Below, piece after piece: positions 60,150-64,000 of a stretch of 64,000 nt of DNA. Under the pieces are notes generated by a model. It ran no database searches and was not told where the DNA came from. It saw only the letters and a list, made by a program, of their open reading frames with translations. The DNA lies in the NCBI GenBank assembly GCA_050633305.1, contig JBOEGF010000018.1, positions 128,001 to 192,000 of the forward strand, in the 5' to 3' direction. The DNA comes from Nannocystales bacterium (GTDB lineage Bacteria > Myxococcota_A > Polyangia > Nannocystales > Nannocystaceae). How positions within the stretch are numbered: position 1 is the stretch's first letter; each line of letters begins with the position of its first letter. Both the position numbers and the translations under genes were made by a program.

Positions 60150-61111
60150 GGCAGGGCCTCCTGCTCGGTGCTGACGGCGGAGGGAACGTCTTTGGAAATG
60201 TACGGCAGGCTGATGGTCATCGTGGTGCCTTTGCCACGGCCGTCGGAGTGCGCCTTGAGCCGCCCGCCGAGGTCCTTGACGAGGGCTTTCACGACGAACA
60301 GGCCCAAGCCGGTGCCGCGACGAGCACGAACATCTTCGTGGTCCACCCGGTAGAACCGGTCGAAGATGCGCCGAAGTTCGCTTTGAGGAATGCCGACGCC
60401 ACGGTCGCGAACGCAGATCTCCACGCGGCCCTGGTCCGTCGCTCGCGCGGTGATCTGAACCCGAACCGGCGGGTTGGAGTACTTGATCGCGTTGTCGAGA
60501 AGGTTCTTGAGGACCGTCTCAACCGCGGTCCCGTCGATGCGAAGCTCGGTCGCATCGTCGACGTCGACCTCGATGGCATTGAGGTCGAGTTTGTGGCGTC
60601 GAGCAACCGTCGCAGCGCAGCTGTGAATCAGTTCGGCCAGCGAGACTTGATTGAGCATCTGCCCGGCGTGGGCGTACTCGAGGCGGGTCGCTTCGAGGAT
60701 GTCGTCGATGAATGCCGCCAGGCGGTCGGTATCCTCGAGCATCATCTCGCGGAGCTGCTCGCGTTGTTCGCTGGCGAGGCCCGCACGCCCGAGCGTCTGC
60801 AGTCCGAGACGAATCGAGGCGAGCGGGGAGCGGAGCTCGTGCGTGACAGAATCGATGAACGTCGTCTGCCGCCGGTTCTCAAGAATCTGCCGCGCGAGGA
60901 AGACCGAGAACAGGATCAGAACGGTCGTGATCGCGACCAACGACACGATGCCGCCGCCGAGCAGCCAGAAGTTCGTGACCCACTGCTGGGTCAGTTCGCC
61001 GTTCTTGAGGATCAGGTAGATCCAGCCGACCAGCATCACGACGGTGAGCGTGGCGCTGACCGATCCCCAGATGATGGGACCGGAGATCGAACGGGGTGGG
61101 CGCGCGGCCAT
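60146..61111 (-). CDS. Sensor histidine kinase
   Basis: Two TM; THELRSPL, NLLDNAIKY, DRGVGI, GTGLGL. Confidence 0.95.
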   Translation of the reverse strand: MAARPPRSISGPIIWGSVSATLTVVMLVGWIYLILKNGELTQQWVTNFWLLGGGIVSLVAITTVLILFSVFLARQILENRRQTTFIDSVTHELRSPLASIRLGLQTLGRAGLASEQREQLREMMLEDTDRLAAFIDDILEATRLEYAHAGQMLNQVSLAELIHSCAATVARRHKLDLNAIEVDVDDATELRIDGTAVETVLKNLLDNAIKYSNPPVRVQITARATDQGRVEICVRDRGVGIPQSELRRIFDRFYRVDHEDVRARRGTGLGLFVVKALVKDLGGRLKAHSDGRGKGTTMTISLPYISKDVPSAVSTEQEALP

Positions 61112-61159
61112 GAACTCCCCGAGCATGGACCGATGCGGCGGATCGGGCTAGCGGGGCGG

Positions 61160-61295
61160 TTGTTCACACGATGCGTACAGCGCGCGTGATCATCTGAAAA
61201 TGCAAGAGGTTCCCGATGCTTGAGGCGGTTTCACTTCCAGATATCCACAGATTGTCCACAGCAGCGGCCTTGGGGCCGTCCCTTGGTGTGGACAA
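61160..61295. promoter_or_regulatory. Cluster of DnaA-box-like 9-mers
   Basis: TTGTTCACA 61160, ATATCCACA 61241, TTGTCCACA 61252 and TGTGGACAA 61287 (reverse). Confidence 0.5.
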
Positions 61296-61408
61296 ATGTC
61301 GGTCCCGTGGTGCGGCCCGACTTTTTGGCCCGGAGCCGCGGTTTCATTTGGCCGTGAACGCGACAAACACGGGCGTTTCGGACGGCAAGAGGCTACAGTC
61401 CGCCGGCC

Positions 61409-61714
61409 ATGGCGTTTGTCGTCACCGGAAACTGTAAGGGTTGTCGCTTCACTGACTGCGTAGCGGTCTGTCCCGTGGAGTGTTTTCACGCCGATGGGGA
61501 GATGCTCTACATCGATCCAGACGAGTGCATCGACTGCGGCGCGTGTGTGCCGGAGTGCCCCGTCGAAGCAATCTACGACGAGACGGAGTTGCCCGAGGAT
61601 CAAGAGGAGTGGAAGCAGATCAACGCCGACAAGGCGCCCGGACTGCCCGTGCTCACCGAGACCTCGGACCCGCTGCCGACCGCCGAAGACCGCAAAAAAG
61701 AACTCGGCTTCTAG
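61409..61714 (+). CDS. fdxA: 7Fe-type ferredoxin (FdxA family)
   Basis: C..C.FTDCV.VCPVECF; IDPDECIDCGACVPECPV. Confidence 0.93.
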   Translation: MAFVVTGNCKGCRFTDCVAVCPVECFHADGEMLYIDPDECIDCGACVPECPVEAIYDETELPEDQEEWKQINADKAPGLPVLTETSDPLPTAEDRKKELGF

Positions 61715-61854
61715 ACTCGCCCGCTCGTTTTGGCCTCCGGGCCATCCACACCGCACCCAAAGCGCCGATCGCAACGCTGTTTCGCACCAGCTTGCACGGC
61801 GCTTTTTCGTGGGCGCCTTCCGACGCCAGCGCGCCGAGCTTTGGGCACCGCGCG

Positions 61855-63066
61855 CTACCCGAACAGCGCGAGCACGTTGGTGTAGCCGTGCTGGTGCGTG
61901 ATGCCCTGGACGGGACCGAGCTCGCCGTTGCAGAAGAACCCGCCGAGCGGAAGCTCGGGGTAGAGGCCGCGGACGATGTCGCTGTCGACGTTGGGCTTGC
62001 CGTACAGGCCTTGGCCGCGGCCGAGACACGAGAACATCAACGCGCCAGCAGGCGTAGGTTCGCCAGCGTCGCTTCGCGCCTCGAGCAGAGCTTGTAGGTC
62101 ACGCTGCGATGTTTCGGCGTCGCGAAGGTGGAACTGCACCACGGTGTTGGGCCGGACGTTGGCACCGATCGCGAGCGAGCCAGTGTCCCCATCGAGACCT
62201 ACGATGTTGCGGATGAGGAAGTCGCCCTGCTCGTAGACTTCGAGATCGTCGTCCATCACGAGGCCCACGAACAACGACTGGCGCAGCCGCACCTGGTCTT
62301 CGGAGGGAAGACCATCGTACAGCCGCTGAAGGACCGCGGCCGGGCTCTGTCCGTCCAACCCGGTGATCAGGTTCTCCGAGCCGCGGGTCACGAACATCGG
62401 GGCTCCGATCGGGCGGCAGCCTTGAGAGACGATCGTGTCGACCTGAACGTCTCCGTTGAGGACGACACCTGCAGTTCCGGTGGCGTGCACTTCGTCGTCG
62501 CAGAACAGCGCGCCACCGCCAGCCTCTTGCATCCCGCTGGCTACACCGCCCAGGACGGTGCTGCCTTCGAAGGTGCGGTCGAGTCCTTCGAGCACGGCAT
62601 CGACCGGGCTGGTGAAGGGGTCGGGAAGGAGGATGATCGTGGGCTGAGAACCTGCGGATGTTCCGAGGACCTCCTGCCAGAGTCGGCTGGAGGTCGGCTT
62701 GGGAACGCGGTCAGGATCGAGGTGGAACGGGCGGATGTCGACGCCTGGCAAGTGAATGGCACTGACGCTGAGGCCGCTGCCCTCCTCAAGTTCTTGACCG
62801 TCCCCGATGGTTCCACCGGCCGAGCAGCCGACGAGCGAAGCCTTCGGATACTTCGCTCGAAGCATCCGATGCAGGCGCACGTAGTTGGCCTCGTGCGCCG
62901 AGCCGACGAACATGGTGAGGAGCGACGGCGAGGCGCCGGCGAGTCGATCCTCGAGGTCGTCGATGACCTCGTCGAACGCGGTGTCGAAGCGATCGGCACC
63001 GGAAAGCGCTGCGGCAAAGTGCATTTCGCCCGGGAGGGTAACGGCTCGAGCCTCCGACGTCGCCAT
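61855..63066 (-). CDS. FIST N/C domain protein
   Basis: VGCSAGG, DPF, GGVASG, VSQGCRPIG, FSCLGRG, GFFCNGE. Confidence 0.92.
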   Translation of the reverse strand: MATSEARAVTLPGEMHFAAALSGADRFDTAFDEVIDDLEDRLAGASPSLLTMFVGSAHEANYVRLHRMLRAKYPKASLVGCSAGGTIGDGQELEEGSGLSVSAIHLPGVDIRPFHLDPDRVPKPTSSRLWQEVLGTSAGSQPTIILLPDPFTSPVDAVLEGLDRTFEGSTVLGGVASGMQEAGGGALFCDDEVHATGTAGVVLNGDVQVDTIVSQGCRPIGAPMFVTRGSENLITGLDGQSPAAVLQRLYDGLPSEDQVRLRQSLFVGLVMDDDLEVYEQGDFLIRNIVGLDGDTGSLAIGANVRPNTVVQFHLRDAETSQRDLQALLEARSDAGEPTPAGALMFSCLGRGQGLYGKPNVDSDIVRGLYPELPLGGFFCNGELGPVQGITHQHGYTNVLALFG

Positions 63067-64000
63067 CAATGTCGGTGTTGGGTGAACGTGGTGGTCGGGC
63101 GGGTCGTGCCCGCGGTGCCCTGCCAGTAGAAGTCCGCCGCCTCGACCTCCGCACCACCGATCTCGTCCATCGTGGAGGCATCGAAGAGGCGCCCGCCGAC
63201 CATCGTGTGCGTCACCTTGTCGGAGTCCCGGATGTTGCTCAGCGGGTTCCCGTCGATCACGGCGAGATCCGCCAGCTTTCCGGGTTCGAGGGAGCCCAGG
63301 GCGTGGTCCATGCCGATGTAGTGCGCACTGTCCAGCGTCACCGCTCGCAGGGCTTCGAGCGGGGTCATCCCGCCTTGCACGAACATCCACAGCTCCCAGT
63401 GCGCAGCGAGACCTTCGCGCTGCCCGTGGGCGCCCAGGTTGACCTTCACACCGGCCTCTTGAAGCTCCTCGGCGAGCTTGGCGATGCGGAAGTGGTTCCA
63501 GTCGCCCTTCGACGCCATGGGCCGCCGACGGGAGCGCCCTTCGTATGCGTGGGGAGGGACGAAGGCCCGCATCTTGGGGTGTTCGAACACATTCGTGTGC
63601 GCGTACCAGTAGAGCTCGCCGCCCAGACCCCCATAGCCGACCCCCATCGTCGGGGTGTAGCCGACCTCGGTGCCGCTCCACAGCTGCTTCAGGTCCGCGT
63701 ACCCGTTCGCGACAGGCACCGCGTGTTCGATGCCGGTGTGGCCGTCCACGATCATGTTGAGGTTGTGCTGCAGCGTGGAGCCGCCCTCAGGCACGACCAT
63801 CATCTCCAGCTCCCGAGCGGCAGCGATCACCTGCTGACGCTGGTTGCGACGGGGCTGGTTGTAGCTCTTGACGCTAAACGCACCCACGGCCTTGAGTCGG
63901 CGCAGGTGACTGCGGGCATCGTCGAGGCTGTCGATCTTCGCAGTGAACGGCGCGTCCGCGCCGTAGAGGATGGTGCCGGTGGAGAAGATGCGCGGTGCGA
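63066..64000 (-). CDS. Amidohydrolase family protein (5' part outside the window)
   Basis: VKSYNQPRR, GIEH, GAHGQREGL, GSLEPGKLADL; frame open to the window end. Confidence 0.9.
   Translation of the reverse strand, partial: APRIFSTGTILYGADAPFTAKIDSLDDARSHLRRLKAVGAFSVKSYNQPRRNQRQQVIAAARELEMMVVPEGGSTLQHNLNMIVDGHTGIEHAVPVANGYADLKQLWSGTEVGYTPTMGVGYGGLGGELYWYAHTNVFEHPKMRAFVPPHAYEGRSRRRPMASKGDWNHFRIAKLAEELQEAGVKVNLGAHGQREGLAAHWELWMFVQGGMTPLEALRAVTLDSAHYIGMDHALGSLEPGKLADLAVIDGNPLSNIRDSDKVTHTMVGGRLFDASTMDEIGGAEVEAADFYWQGTAGTTRPTTTFTQHRH

Overview
High-GC, myxobacterial-looking chromosome segment (Nannocystaceae-like by inference, from the many Ser/Thr kinases, Cys-rich lipoproteins and a MYXO-CTERM tail). 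The standout is the first 4.8 kb. It opens with a tandem array of at least four circularly permuted tRNA-mimic RNAs of YrlA/Y-RNA type (T arm -> loop-closed acceptor stem -> D arm, inside a covarying terminal stem). The units carry different anticodon-like identities (Lys CTT, Phe GAA, Pro TGG, Trp CCA) and are interleaved with a duplicated hairpin. They sit directly upstream of a tight operon encoding a TROVE/Ro60-like vWA protein, a candidate E2-like protein, a JAB/JAMM protease, a ubiquitin-like protein ending FG-S and a ThiF/E1 enzyme: apparently a Ro-RNP locus coupled to a ubiquitin-like conjugation cassette. The array touches position 1 and may extend upstream. The rest is typical myxobacterial content: three Ser/Thr kinases, an ECF sigma factor, FHA-LuxR, NtrC and two-component regulators, a DUF4331/HupE cluster, a DUF1592/DUF1552 pair, metallopeptidases, infA, UvrD/PcrA, a ferredoxin, a FIST protein and a partial amidohydrolase. 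There is also a truncated rtcB remnant, two perfect sigma-54 promoter motifs and a cluster of DnaA-box-like 9-mers. All family calls come from motif reading; no database searches were run.
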